DNA from: an uncultured Opitutaceae bacterium
GTDB taxonomy: Bacteria > Verrucomicrobiota > Verrucomicrobiia > Opitutales > Opitutaceae
Assembly (NCBI GenBank): GCA_964419075.1
Contig: CAYQOH010000001.1
Coordinates: 22 to 64,021 of the forward strand
DNA length: 64,000 nucleotides
Reading direction: 5' to 3'
A model generated the notes under the pieces. That model was not told the origin of the DNA. It searched no databases and saw nothing but the letters and a program-made list of their open reading frames with translations. Position numbers and translations under genes: made by a program. Numbering within the stretch: position 1 is the stretch's first letter; each line of letters starts with the position of its first letter. Shown here one piece after another: positions 9,395 to 18,778 of the stretch.

Positions 9395-10132
9395 TTGACC
9401 AAGAACGACCAGGCGTCCGAGGCGGGTCCGAGTGTCCAGGCCAATCTCGGCACCGCGGTCCGGGCCTATAGGAAGCGGTTGGGGATCACACAGGACGAGC
9501 TCGCATGGCGGTCCAGCATGCACCGCACGTACATAGCGGACATCGAGCGGGGCGCGCGCAATGTGACGCTGAAGAGCATCCTCAATCTTGCGCAGGCGCT
9601 GCAGGTCACGGTGGGCAATCTCCTGACGTCGGCGACCGCGCCCGGCGGGGCGGGGCTTCGCGGGAGCCGTCGAGTGGCGGGAGGGCATTCGCACGATATC
9701 CTGCTCGTCGAGGACAGCGCGACCGACGCGGCCATGACGGAGCGGGCGTTCAGGCGCGCCCGGTTCACGAATCCGCTTCGAATCGTACGCAGCGCGGAAA
9801 GCGGGCTGGACTATCTGCTGGGAGGGGCGCGGCGGGGTGACCACGGGCCGGCACGTCCTCAGCTGATCCTGCTCGACATCAACCTGCCCGGGATGTCGGG
9901 CGTGGAATTTCTCCGCCGCATCAAGAGCGAGGAGCGCACGCGCGACATACCCGTGGTGGTGCTGACGGTCTCGGAAAGCGACCGGATGATCATCGAATGC
10001 GGCCGCCTTGGCGCCGAGAACTACATCGTGAAGCCGCTCGGCATCGAGAACCTGGTCAGGATCACGCCCCGGCTGAACCTCTATATTACCCTTGGGCCGC
10101 TGGATGCCGGTCGAAGACCGAGATCGGGCTAG
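9395..10132 (+). CDS. hybrid regulator: N-terminal XRE-type HTH domain plus C-terminal response-regulator receiver domain
   Basis: The N terminus LGTAVRAYRKRLGITQDELAWRSSMHRTYIADIERGARNVTLKSILNLAQAL is an HTH_XRE fold. The C-terminal half, ILLVEDSATD ... LILLDINLPGMSG ... VVLTVS ... NYIVKP, has all REC landmarks. Start is a TTG (9395), with no in-frame ATG nearby. Confidence 0.7.
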   Translation: MTKNDQASEAGPSVQANLGTAVRAYRKRLGITQDELAWRSSMHRTYIADIERGARNVTLKSILNLAQALQVTVGNLLTSATAPGGAGLRGSRRVAGGHSHDILLVEDSATDAAMTERAFRRARFTNPLRIVRSAESGLDYLLGGARRGDHGPARPQLILLDINLPGMSGVEFLRRIKSEERTRDIPVVVLTVSESDRMIIECGRLGAENYIVKPLGIENLVRITPRLNLYITLGPLDAGRRPRSG

Positions 10133-10231
10133 CGATCGCTCCGACCGGCGCGAAGGCCCCATTCGGCGCGCCGGACGCGTCCAGAGACCGACCCATAAAC
10201 GCTGACGCGCAACTCGAGGCGTCGCTCAAAG

Positions 10232-10931
10232 GTGCTCGCCGACCTGAAGAGGGCCCTCGACGAGCATGCGATCGTGGCGACGACCGATCCGCAGGGACGG
10301 ATCACCTACGTGAACGACAAGTTCTGCGAGATTTCCAAGTATTCGCGCGGGGAGCTGATTGGCCGGGATCACCGAATTGTGAACTCGGGGTTTCATTCGG
10401 CGGAGTACATCCGCGGCCTGTGGGCGACCATCGGGCGCGGGCGCGACGTTCCCTTTGTGTTTCCCGGCGCATTCAGGCGAGGCTGCGTCGGCCGCGGTTG
10501 CGCCCTGCGCCGTGCCGAGGGGTAACGGCGAGCGCATCCTCTACGTGGACGACGAGCCGGCGCTTGCAAGGCTTGGCCAGAGCGTCCTGGAACGGCTGGG
10601 CTATTCCGTCGACGCGCACGCCAAGGCTGCGGAGGCCCCCGGCGCATTGCTCCGTGACCCCGGCGCCTATCACCTCGTGGTGACGAACCAGATGATGCCG
10701 GAGCTGACGGGCACGGACCTTGCGCTGAAGATCCACGCGATTCGACCGGGTATCCCCATCATTCTCACAACGGGCTACACGGCCAGCCTCACGCCCTAGC
10801 GCCTCCAGCTGATGGGGATATCGAGGTTGCTAATGAAGCCCATTTCCGTCGAATCTCTCGGCACCCTCGTCCACACCGTGCTGACCGAAAACAAAGAAAA
10901 GGAGATCGATGCCTCGGATCCTGCTCGTTGA
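10232..10931 (+). pseudogene. remnant of a PAS-histidine kinase-receiver hybrid sensor (kinase core deleted, frame change, in-frame TAG in REC)
   Basis: Frame 2 encodes the first half of a PAS domain (LADLKRALDEHAIVATTDPQGRITYVNDKFCEISKYSRGELIGRDHRIVNSGFHSAEYIRGLWATIGRG) and then runs into nonsense. Frame 3 picks up a linker plus REC domain (PRGNGERILYVDDEP ... VVTNQMMPELTG ... IILTTGY). TAG at 10797-10799 interrupts it, and the same frame continues as RLQLMGISRLLMKPISVESLGTLVHTVL, the REC beta5/alpha5 with the conserved K. Confidence 0.6.
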
Positions 10932-11283
10932 TGACGACGATTCCTTCCGCAAGATGCTTCGGTTGTCTCTCGTGAGGCTGGGGCACGAGGTCGTCGAGGC
11001 CCGGGACGGCAAGGAGGCGGTGAGGCTGGTCAGGGAGGGGCCTCCCGACGTCATGGTGACGGACCTTGTGATGCCGGAAAAGGAGGGCCTGGAGACCATC
11101 GACGAGGTCAGGCGACAGTACCCGGGCCTGGAGATCATCGCGATGTCGGGCGGCGGGCGCGTGAACGCGTCGGACTACCTGAAGATTGCGCGCGCCATGG
11201 GCGCGGACCAGGTGCTCGCAAAGCCCTTCTCGATCGACGAGATCGCGGCGTCGCTATCGAGCGTCCTGGGCAAGCCCGCGTAG
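10909..11283 (+). CDS. single-domain response regulator (CheY-like)
   Basis: 124 aa with ILLVDDDD, VMVTDLVMPEKEG, IIAMSGG and LAKPF motifs. Confidence 0.85.
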   Translation: MPRILLVDDDDSFRKMLRLSLVRLGHEVVEARDGKEAVRLVREGPPDVMVTDLVMPEKEGLETIDEVRRQYPGLEIIAMSGGGRVNASDYLKIARAMGADQVLAKPFSIDEIAASLSSVLGKPA

Positions 11284-11464
11284 TTGCGCTGGGCTGGAGC
11301 CGGCCGGTCGGTGCGTGAAGGGCCCCATTTTGGCGTCGATCACGACCAACCCGGGGACTACGGTGGTTGGGCCGCCAAAGCGCGGCATGCGCGTTGGCGC
11401 CGACCCGCTGCCTGCGTTAGGACGCACGGCACCAGCCGCAAGATCAAGCATCCGCGAAAACCCC

Positions 11465-13504
11465 ATGAACACCCCCGCCGTCCCCATGCCCTGCAAGGTC
11501 CGCGTCCTCCCAGCCTGCGCGCTGATCGCGCTTCTGTTTGCGGCCGCCGGGGGCGGCGCCCTGGCCGCGCAAGGCGGGCCGCCAGTGGCCACACAGGAGG
11601 TAACGTCCCCGGACGGGCGCATCGCGGTGACGGTCAGCACCGGGGGCCCCTTGAGCTACCGGGTGGCCGTCGACGGCACCCCGGTCCTGAACGATTCGAG
11701 GCTCGGGCTGCGCCTTCGCGGGGGCATCGCGCTTGGCAGCGATGTCTCGCTCGTGGACGCGGCGCGCTCCGAGAGCGACACGCTCTGGTCCAACCCGCTC
11801 GGCAAGCGGCGCGAGGTGCGAGACCATTACCGGGAGCTTGCGGTCAAGCTGAGGGAGAAGGGCGGCGCGGGCGGGACGTTTTCATTGGTGGTGCGCGCCT
11901 ATGATGACGGAGTGGGCTTTCGCTACCTGCTCCCCGCTGGGGAGGGGGCGGCGGACATCATTATCGAGGAGGAGCTTACGGAGTTCGCGTTCACGACCGA
12001 CAGTGTGTGTTTCGCCGGCGACCACGTTGCGGTGCCGCCCGACGACTACGACTCGCGGGGAGGCTTCCACGGCTCCCAGGAATGGGAGTTTCGAAGGCAA
12101 CGGCTCTCGGACCTTCCCGTCGAAACCGTGACTGGCCTGCCGGTGCTCACCCACACGCCCGCCGCGTGGGTTGCGGTCACCGAGGCCGACCTTGTGGACT
12201 GGGCGGGACTCTGGCTGGCCCGCGAGCCCCAGGCGGCGGGAACGAGCGCGGTGACCCTGCGCAGCCGGCTTGCGCCGCGATGGGACGGGAACGGTTTGGT
12301 CCATGTCTCCCTGCCGCATCCGTCCCCGTGGCGAGTCCTCGTGATCGGCAGGGAGCCGGGACGACTGATTGAAAGCGACCTGGTGCTCAACCTAAGCACA
12401 CCGTGCCAGATCGCCGACCCGTCGTGGATCAAGCCGGGCATGATGGCCTGGGACCGCTGGTGGTCCGGGATAGGGACGATGGACACCGGCACGATGAAGG
12501 ACTTCATCCAATTCGCAGGCGAGATGGGCTGGCCCTATCAGCTTGTGGACGGAGGCTGGTACGTCGGCACGCGCAGTCCGAATTCCGACATCACCCAGAC
12601 GGTCCCCGAGGTGGACATGGCCGAACTCCGGCGATTCGCCGCCGAAAGGAACGTGCGCCTCTGGGTTTGGCTCTATTGGAGCGATGCCGACAGGGGGGAC
12701 GCCTACAAGCGGGCGTTCGCGCTCTACGAGAAATGGGGGCTCGCGGGGGTAAAGATCGATTTCATGGACCGGGACGACCAGGACATGGTGAACTGGTACG
12801 AGCGGGTGACGCGCTGCGCCGCCGAACATCACCTGCTTGTGGACTTCCACGGCGCCTACAAGCCGACGGGAATGATCCGCGCATGGCCGAACCAGATCAC
12901 GCGGGAGGGGGTTCTCGGCAACGAGTACAACAAGTGGAGCCGGCGCGTCACCCCGGAGCACCGGGTCACGCTGCCGTTCACGCGTTTCCTTGCAGGACCC
13001 GGCGACTTCACGCCCGGCGGGTTCGTGAACCGGACGGCGGAGCAGTTCCAGCCGCACGCCTCCCCGGCGCAGGTGCAGAGCACCCGCGCGGGCCAGCTCG
13101 CGCTTTTTGTCGCGTATGACAGCCCGGTTATGTGCGTGTGCGACCATCCGACGAACCTCCGGGGCCAGCCCGGCATCGACTTCCTGAGGCTCGTGCCGAC
13201 CGTGTGGGACGAGACCCGTGTCCTCTCGGGCGTCGTCGCCGAGCACCTGGTGGTCGCGCGGCGTTCCGGCGCGGACTGGTACCTGGGCGCGCTGAACAAC
13301 AGCACGAGCCGGGTGCGCACGATCAAACTCGACTTCCTAGGGGCGGGCAGGTGGCACCTGCGCTGGTGGCGCGACGCGCCCGACAGCTCCGAGAACGCCG
13401 AGCACATCGCCATTGACGAGCGCGACGTCACGGACGACGACACGATCGACCTGCGCATGGCGCCGGGCGGCGGGGCGGCCCTTCACTTCGTTCGGATTCC
13501 CTGA
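11465..13504 (+). CDS. glycoside hydrolase family 97 (alpha-glucosidase/alpha-galactosidase type), secreted
   Basis: Signal peptide, followed by VTSPDGRIAVTVSTGGPLSYRVAVDGTPVLNDSRLGL and GVKIDFMDRDDQDMVNWY blocks typical of GH97 (SusB-like). Confidence 0.8.
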   Translation: MNTPAVPMPCKVRVLPACALIALLFAAAGGGALAAQGGPPVATQEVTSPDGRIAVTVSTGGPLSYRVAVDGTPVLNDSRLGLRLRGGIALGSDVSLVDAARSESDTLWSNPLGKRREVRDHYRELAVKLREKGGAGGTFSLVVRAYDDGVGFRYLLPAGEGAADIIIEEELTEFAFTTDSVCFAGDHVAVPPDDYDSRGGFHGSQEWEFRRQRLSDLPVETVTGLPVLTHTPAAWVAVTEADLVDWAGLWLAREPQAAGTSAVTLRSRLAPRWDGNGLVHVSLPHPSPWRVLVIGREPGRLIESDLVLNLSTPCQIADPSWIKPGMMAWDRWWSGIGTMDTGTMKDFIQFAGEMGWPYQLVDGGWYVGTRSPNSDITQTVPEVDMAELRRFAAERNVRLWVWLYWSDADRGDAYKRAFALYEKWGLAGVKIDFMDRDDQDMVNWYERVTRCAAEHHLLVDFHGAYKPTGMIRAWPNQITREGVLGNEYNKWSRRVTPEHRVTLPFTRFLAGPGDFTPGGFVNRTAEQFQPHASPAQVQSTRAGQLALFVAYDSPVMCVCDHPTNLRGQPGIDFLRLVPTVWDETRVLSGVVAEHLVVARRSGADWYLGALNNSTSRVRTIKLDFLGAGRWHLRWWRDAPDSSENAEHIAIDERDVTDDDTIDLRMAPGGGAALHFVRIP

Positions 13505-13615
13505 CGCACCGTCAACGGCCCCTTGGGGCCGATCTGGCCAACCCCTGGGCTCGCTCACGCCCGGTCTGCCTTGCGTTGTCCGGAATACCAAAATAGAAAC
13601 AGGGACTCCCCCACC

Positions 13616-14038
13616 ATGACTAAATCACACAATCCTTACGCCTGCCCGACCCTCTGCAGGACCACCCTGCTCGCGCTGGGATGCGCCCTCGCCCTCGTCG
13701 CCGTCCCCTTCTCCACGCTCAGCGCCGCCGATGCCCCGGCCTCGCCGGCTGCGGCCGACAAGGCGCCGAGCCTGCCGCTCGTCCCGACGTTCGAGAAGGT
13801 CACGAGCGGCGAGAACGGACCCTACGTCCTGAACCTGAAGAACGTCTCGAAGGACGCCATCACGGCGAGCGCGCAGGTGATCCCGAGCGTGGCCATCCAC
13901 GCCACGGCCAAGACCCGTAGCCTTCCCGAGCGCGCCATCGACCCGGGTCAGGTCTGGACCATCTCCGAGCTCGCCGCGACCGACAAGGTCATCGTGAGCG
14001 CCAAGGGGTTCGCCCCCCTCGAGCTGACCGTACCCTAG
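13616..14038 (+). CDS. small secreted hypothetical protein
   Basis: 140 aa with an N-terminal hydrophobic signal-like segment (TTLLALGCALALVAVPFSTLSAADAP). No family recognised. It sits between GH97 and GH13. Confidence 0.45.
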   Translation: MTKSHNPYACPTLCRTTLLALGCALALVAVPFSTLSAADAPASPAAADKAPSLPLVPTFEKVTSGENGPYVLNLKNVSKDAITASAQVIPSVAIHATAKTRSLPERAIDPGQVWTISELAATDKVIVSAKGFAPLELTVP

Positions 14039-14226
14039 GCCCGGTTGAGCGGGCGGCCCGTGACGGGCCCGGACTGGCGACCTAGGATTCTTCGGGTCGT
14101 TCAAGGTAACCTCGTGGCCTTGTTCCTCGCGGCCTCGCGGCCGGCGGCCCAAGCTTTCCCGCTGCCACGACCCCGGCGCGGGAAGACTCGGACCCTGGCT
14201 CCGCCGGAGGCTTGGAACCCAAAGCC

Positions 14227-15621
14227 ATGAAGCACCCCCACCTGCACCGACGCGCGGCCGTCGCGCTCCTTCTCGCCTTCTCGTGCCTCCCGGCCCTCCG
14301 GGCCGCGGATCCGGTGGATTGGACGGCCGTCCAGGCCCGCCCGACCCCGGCGTGGATTCGCGAGTCGGTGGTCTACGAGGTGTTTCCCCGCCAGTTCTCG
14401 GCGAAGGGGGACTTCGCCGGGGTCACGGCGCGCATGGACGGCCTCAGGGCGCTCGGCGTGGACGTCCTGTGGCTGATGCCGATCCATCCGGTCGGCCACC
14501 TCAGGGCCAAGGGGGCCGTGGGCAGCCCCTATGCCGTCCAGGATTACTACGGCATCAACCCGGACTACGGGACCAAGGAGGACCTGCACCGCCTCGTCGA
14601 GGCGGCCCACGCCCGCGGGATGAAGGTCATCATCGACATCGTCCCGAACCACACGGCGTGGGACAGCGTGATGATGTCCAACCCGGGTTTCTACAAGCGC
14701 GACGCCGAGGGCCACATCATCCCGCCCCATCCGGAATGGGACGACGTCGCCGCGCTGAACTACGGCAACGCGGAGACGCGCCGGTACATGCGCGACATGC
14801 TCACGTACTGGGCGCGCGACTTCCAGCTCGACGGGATCCGCTGCGACGTGGCGAGCGAGGTGCCGACGGACTTCTGGGAGGACGTGCGCCAGGACCTCGA
14901 GAAGATCCGGCCCGGGTTCCTCATGCTGGCCGAGGCCAGCAAGCCCGAGCTCCTGGTGCACGCCTTCGACATGGACTATGCGTGGCCGATGCTGAGCACG
15001 CTCAACAAGGTGCTCATGGAGGGGGCGCCGGCCAGCGAGGTCCGGCGCACCTGGGAGGAGTCGGAGCAGGCGGCCTTCCCGCGCGGGTCCCTCCACCTGC
15101 GCATGTCGGACGACCACGACGAGGCCCGCGCCATCAGCCGCTTCGGGTGGACCGCGGCGCTCGCCGCGAGCGCGATGGAGTTCACCCTCGACGGCGTGCC
15201 GCTCCTCTACAACGGCATGGAGGTAGGGGACGCGACCGAGTCGGGCGACCCGGCGCTGTTCGAGAAGGTCCCCATCTTCTGGGAGCCCAAGGGACGCGGG
15301 TCCCTCCGGGAGACCTACGTCCGGCTGATCAGCCTGCGACACCTGCATCCCGCCCTGCAGGGCGGGTCGGTCGTCTGGCTCGACAACTCGGCGCCCCAGA
15401 ACGTCGTCTCCTTCCTGCGCCGCGGCGAGCGGGAGGAGTTCGTGACGGTCGTCAACTTCTCCAACCGGCCCCAAGCCGCCGTGGTCCGCGTGGACAACGC
15501 CCAGGAATTCGGCGTCGAGCTCCAGTCGGGCGCCGCGCAGAGCGGCGCGAAGGCCGGCCTGCCGGAGGTCTCCCTCGGGGCCTTCGCGTGGCGCATCTAC
15601 AGCCGGGCGCTCAAGCCCTGA
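14227..15621 (+). CDS. alpha-amylase family glycoside hydrolase (GH13), secreted
   Basis: All four GH13 regions are present: VIIDIVPNH, GIRCDVASEV, FLMLAEAS and MSDDHDE. Signal peptide at the N terminus. A TTG at 14212 is an alternative start. Confidence 0.85.
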   Translation: MKHPHLHRRAAVALLLAFSCLPALRAADPVDWTAVQARPTPAWIRESVVYEVFPRQFSAKGDFAGVTARMDGLRALGVDVLWLMPIHPVGHLRAKGAVGSPYAVQDYYGINPDYGTKEDLHRLVEAAHARGMKVIIDIVPNHTAWDSVMMSNPGFYKRDAEGHIIPPHPEWDDVAALNYGNAETRRYMRDMLTYWARDFQLDGIRCDVASEVPTDFWEDVRQDLEKIRPGFLMLAEASKPELLVHAFDMDYAWPMLSTLNKVLMEGAPASEVRRTWEESEQAAFPRGSLHLRMSDDHDEARAISRFGWTAALAASAMEFTLDGVPLLYNGMEVGDATESGDPALFEKVPIFWEPKGRGSLRETYVRLISLRHLHPALQGGSVVWLDNSAPQNVVSFLRRGEREEFVTVVNFSNRPQAAVVRVDNAQEFGVELQSGAAQSGAKAGLPEVSLGAFAWRIYSRALKP

Positions 15622-15635
15622 GCGGCGCGGGCGGG

Positions 15636-16520
15636 TCAGCCGCCGGCCGCCTTGGCGATCTCCGCCCATTCGGCCTTGGAAAGGCTGACGGCGGCGGCGC
15701 CCATGTTCTCCTCTAGGTGGGCCACGCTTGAGGTGCCCGGAATGGGCAGCATGACCGGCGAGCGCTGCAGCAGCCACGCAAGGGCAAGCTGGGAGACGGT
15801 TGCGCCGTGCCCGGCGGCGGCCCGGTCGAGCGCGCTGCCGGGGCGGGACATTTCGCCGCCACCAATCGGAAGCCAGGGGATGAACCCCATGCCGTGCTGG
15901 GCGCAGTAGTCGAGGACCGCCTCGCTCCGGCGGTTGGCGAGATTATAAAGGTTCTGCACGCTCACGATCGCTACGGTCTTTCGCGCCTGCTCGATCTCGG
16001 CCACCGACACCTCGGACAAGCCGACATGGCGGATCTTGCCTGCCTGCTGGAGGTCCCTGAGGGCGCCGAGCGTCTCGGCGGCCGGAACCTTGGGATCGAT
16101 GCGGTGGAGCTGGTAGAGGTCGATGCGGTCGACCTTGAGCCTGCGCAGGCTCATCTCGACGCACTGCCGGAGGTATTCCGGCCGGCCGACCGGCTCCCAT
16201 TCTCCCGGACCCGATCGGGTCAGGCCGCCCTTGGTCGCGATGACCAGCCCCTGGGGATAGGGGTGGAGGGCCTCGGCGATCAGGCGCTCGCTCACCTCGG
16301 GTCCGTAGGAGTCGGCGGTGTCGATCAGGGTCACGCCAAGCTCCACGGCCCGCCTCAGGACGCGGCGCGCCTCGGCGGGATCCTTGGGCTCGCCCCAGAC
16401 CCCCGGACCGGTCACCCGCATGGCGCCGTAGCCAAGGCGGTGGACCGGCAGGTCACCGCCTATTGAAAACACGCCGCTTGCCGCGGCGTTCGGGACCTTG
16501 GGAGCAGGCGTTGCATTCAC
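15636..16520 (-). CDS. aldo/keto reductase
   Basis: [10 protein letters not shown] ... LIDTADSYG ... [10 protein letters not shown] ... [10 protein letters not shown] are AKR family motifs. Start is a GTG at 16520. Confidence 0.85.
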   Translation of the reverse strand: MNATPAPKVPNAAASGVFSIGGDLPVHRLGYGAMRVTGPGVWGEPKDPAEARRVLRRAVELGVTLIDTADSYGPEVSERLIAEALHPYPQGLVIATKGGLTRSGPGEWEPVGRPEYLRQCVEMSLRRLKVDRIDLYQLHRIDPKVPAAETLGALRDLQQAGKIRHVGLSEVSVAEIEQARKTVAIVSVQNLYNLANRRSEAVLDYCAQHGMGFIPWLPIGGGEMSRPGSALDRAAAGHGATVSQLALAWLLQRSPVMLPIPGTSSVAHLEENMGAAAVSLSKAEWAEIAKAAGG

Positions 16521-16619
16521 GGAGCCCTCATCGTGGCCGGGAGCCGCGCGCTTGGCAAGGCGAGGCCCCGTTTTGCCCTGCGCGGAGATCCGGCGCGCCC
16601 TCCGCGGGCCGGCCCGCCG

Positions 16620-17078
16620 TCACGGACGGGCCGTCTTCTCCTCGGTCCACGTCGTCGAGCGGCCAAGCCAGGTGATGCCAAGGACGTATCCCTTCAGGAA
16701 CAGGGTCCCCGGCCTGTCCGGATCGCGCCACGCGAAGGCGTCGTAGGTCTTGCCGTTCTTCGGGTCGTAGATGGTCCCCCCCTCCCATCGCTTCGTCTCG
16801 TCGTTTGCCCTGAGTCCCCGGAGGATGACGAGCCCGAGGACACGGTCACCCTTTCTGCCGGGGTCGGGATTATTCTTGTCCAGCCTGTCCTTGTCATCCC
16901 TGAGCCAGATGATCGTGCCCGTGTAGGTTCCATCGGGCGCCTTGGTGACCCGGACCTGGGCTCCGCCGTCAACCGTGAGGTAGATCCCGGCCAAGCCCGC
17001 GCCCTGGGACTGCGCCTTTGCCGGAATGCAGACTGCCGCGAGAAGCAGGAGGGGGACTATCGCGTTCTTGAGGTTCAT
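16620..17078 (-). CDS. DUF2147 domain-containing secreted protein
   Basis: Signal peptide, then GTIIWLRDDKDRLDKNNPDPGRKGDRVLGLVIL ... WEGGTIYDPKNGKTY, the DUF2147 pattern. Confidence 0.75.
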   Translation of the reverse strand: MNLKNAIVPLLLLAAVCIPAKAQSQGAGLAGIYLTVDGGAQVRVTKAPDGTYTGTIIWLRDDKDRLDKNNPDPGRKGDRVLGLVILRGLRANDETKRWEGGTIYDPKNGKTYDAFAWRDPDRPGTLFLKGYVLGITWLGRSTTWTEEKTARP

Positions 17079-17238
17079 GGGAGGGGAGGAGCGTTCGCCG
17101 TGAGCAGGTTACGTCGGCAGGCATCGCGGGTCAACGGCGATGGCCGGCGGGCCCGCGGGAGCAGGCGCCACGTCGGGCCGCGAGGCAAACGGCTTCGGCC
17201 GACCCCATCCTTCGCTGCAGTCGCCAAGGATTCGGGCG

Positions 17239-17517
17239 ATGTTGAATCCGCTAACCCGCGCCATGACCCATCCCGACCCGATCATCTCCCTCGAAATCCC
17301 TGTGATCCAGAGGATCATCCAGGATGAGACCTGGCTCGAGGGCGAGCGGCGTGGCCGTCTTGTCGTGTCTTGGGATCCCGTGGTGCGGGAGCACGTTTGC
17401 GAGGTGGTCCTTCGCATCGGAATGGAGCTTAGGAGGAGGGTGACGCCTCAGGCTGCCTGCGATTCGGGATCGTCCGAGCCGCACGTTCACGGGCCCCCCC
17501 ACGACAGGGCGGCCTGA
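17239..17517 (+). CDS. hypothetical small protein
   Basis: ORF with an ATG at 17239 (the frame opens at 17140). The segment IIQDETWLEGERRGRLVVSWDPVVREHV faintly recalls the W..SE..G.DVG motif of DUF4032-type proteins, but I cannot confirm that. Confidence 0.3.
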   Translation: MLNPLTRAMTHPDPIISLEIPVIQRIIQDETWLEGERRGRLVVSWDPVVREHVCEVVLRIGMELRRRVTPQAACDSGSSEPHVHGPPHDRAA

Positions 17518-17621
17518 GAGGCGTTCAGGCCGGCGTTTCGCGGGCCCGAAGGACGGCCACGCGCCCCACAACGGGGGATGGGCAGGCGCCTGCGCGCCGC
17601 CCGGTCGGCGGTGAAGTCAAA

Positions 17622-17652
17622 GGCCCCCCGCCGGGTTCGCCGGCGGGGGGCC
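17622..17652 (-). terminator. perfect 13-bp GC-rich hairpin, terminator-like
   Basis: GGCCCCCCGCCGG-GTTCG-CCGGCGGGGGGCC. On the minus strand it is followed by TTTGACTT, and on the plus strand by GTGTGGCTT. It may also terminate the plus-strand ORF ending at 17517. Confidence 0.5.
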
Positions 17653-17939
17653 GTGTGGCTTGGATCTCAATCTGCGGGTTGCGCAGAGCGGCCACTCAGG
17701 CCGCTATAGCCGCCGGAGCACATCCCGCGCAAAGCAGCAGTGTGCTAGGGGGGAACAGTAGGGCATGAGCGGCGAGACTAAGCACGCTGTGCTGAGTCGG
17801 GTCTAGGAATGTCCAAGGAACAACTCCTATGATCGGAACAAGCGGACGTTTAGAAAGGGGAATTTGTTCGATTGGAGGACGCCGGGACGGCCCCGCACAT
17901 CGGAATTGACAGCCTTCCGGGTTCTTCTTCGCTCACCCC

Positions 17940-18386
17940 ATGGCCGGTCCGACCTCCCCCTCAACGAAGGCGCCGTGGCATCTGTGGGTCGTGGGAGCCG
18001 CTTCGCTGGTCTGGAATTCGTTTGGCGCGATGGATTTCATGATGACGGAGACGAGGAACCCGGCCTATCTGAAGGCCCTCACGCCCGCGCAGCTGGACTT
18101 CTTCCTGGGCTTTCCCGCCTGGGTCGTGACCACCTGGGGGATCGCGGTTTGGGGCGGGGTGCTGGGGTCGCTGCTGCTGCTGCTCCGCCGGCGCCAGGCG
18201 TTTCACCTCTTTCTCGCATCGGCCCTCTGCATCATCCTCACCGATCTCCACAATCTCGTCCTTTCCGACGGGATGAAGGTAATGGGCGGAGCGGGACAAC
18301 TGGTCTTCGCGGCCGTCATTCTCGCAGTCGGCGCCTTGCTGGTGGTTTACGCGCGCGGGTCAACCCAGCGGGGCGTGCTGAGGTGA
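17940..18386 (+). CDS. hypothetical integral membrane protein (about 4 TM)
   Basis: 148 aa with four hydrophobic segments. No family recognised. Confidence 0.55.
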   Translation: MAGPTSPSTKAPWHLWVVGAASLVWNSFGAMDFMMTETRNPAYLKALTPAQLDFFLGFPAWVVTTWGIAVWGGVLGSLLLLLRRRQAFHLFLASALCIILTDLHNLVLSDGMKVMGGAGQLVFAAVILAVGALLVVYARGSTQRGVLR

Positions 18387-18778
18387 TTGCCGGCGGGGCT
18401 GCGGCCGGCCTGGGAGTCGACGCGGGCGGACCCGGAACGGCGGGCGATCCGTCCCCCATCTATTCTTCTTGCGAACGGCCGGATTGGGGCGATTAGTCGT
18501 CTCAGGTCAGTCAGGTTTCATCTGCACGGCTTAGATCGTGAGTTGAGTCCGTCATCGAGACTGTGGAACGACTGCTAGGGGCTTCAGCCATCGGGTAGCA
18601 AGGCCCGGAATCGTCAGCGTGGTTCTCTGGGCCGGAGCCCGGGTGCGCACCGCGTTCGTCAGCGTCAAGGTTTGAGACCCTCGTTCCGCGCCCTGTCAGG
18701 TCCGCCGGTGATCTAAGCCGCAGGAGCAGGCCACCATCCAATCCATGTGCTATGCGAACAACTAAGGGAGGAACACCT

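Noticed and set aside
10797-10799. Interpreting the in-frame TAG as programmed readthrough or a recoded amino acid
   Set aside because: The same locus also shows a frame change and loss of the entire kinase core, so simple decay is the more economical explanation. No recoding signals were recognised.
17653-17939. Assigning the structured intergenic region to a named RNA family (SRP RNA, 6S, RNase P, tmRNA, or a TPP, cobalamin or guanidine riboswitch)
   Set aside because: I compared it by eye with the conserved cores I remember (GGAAGCAGC helix 8, GAGGAAAGUCC, the CUGAGA...ACCUGAUC THI box, the B12 box, ykkC CUAGGG...GGUCCGAGAG). Only trivial partial matches were found, so it needs an Infernal scan.
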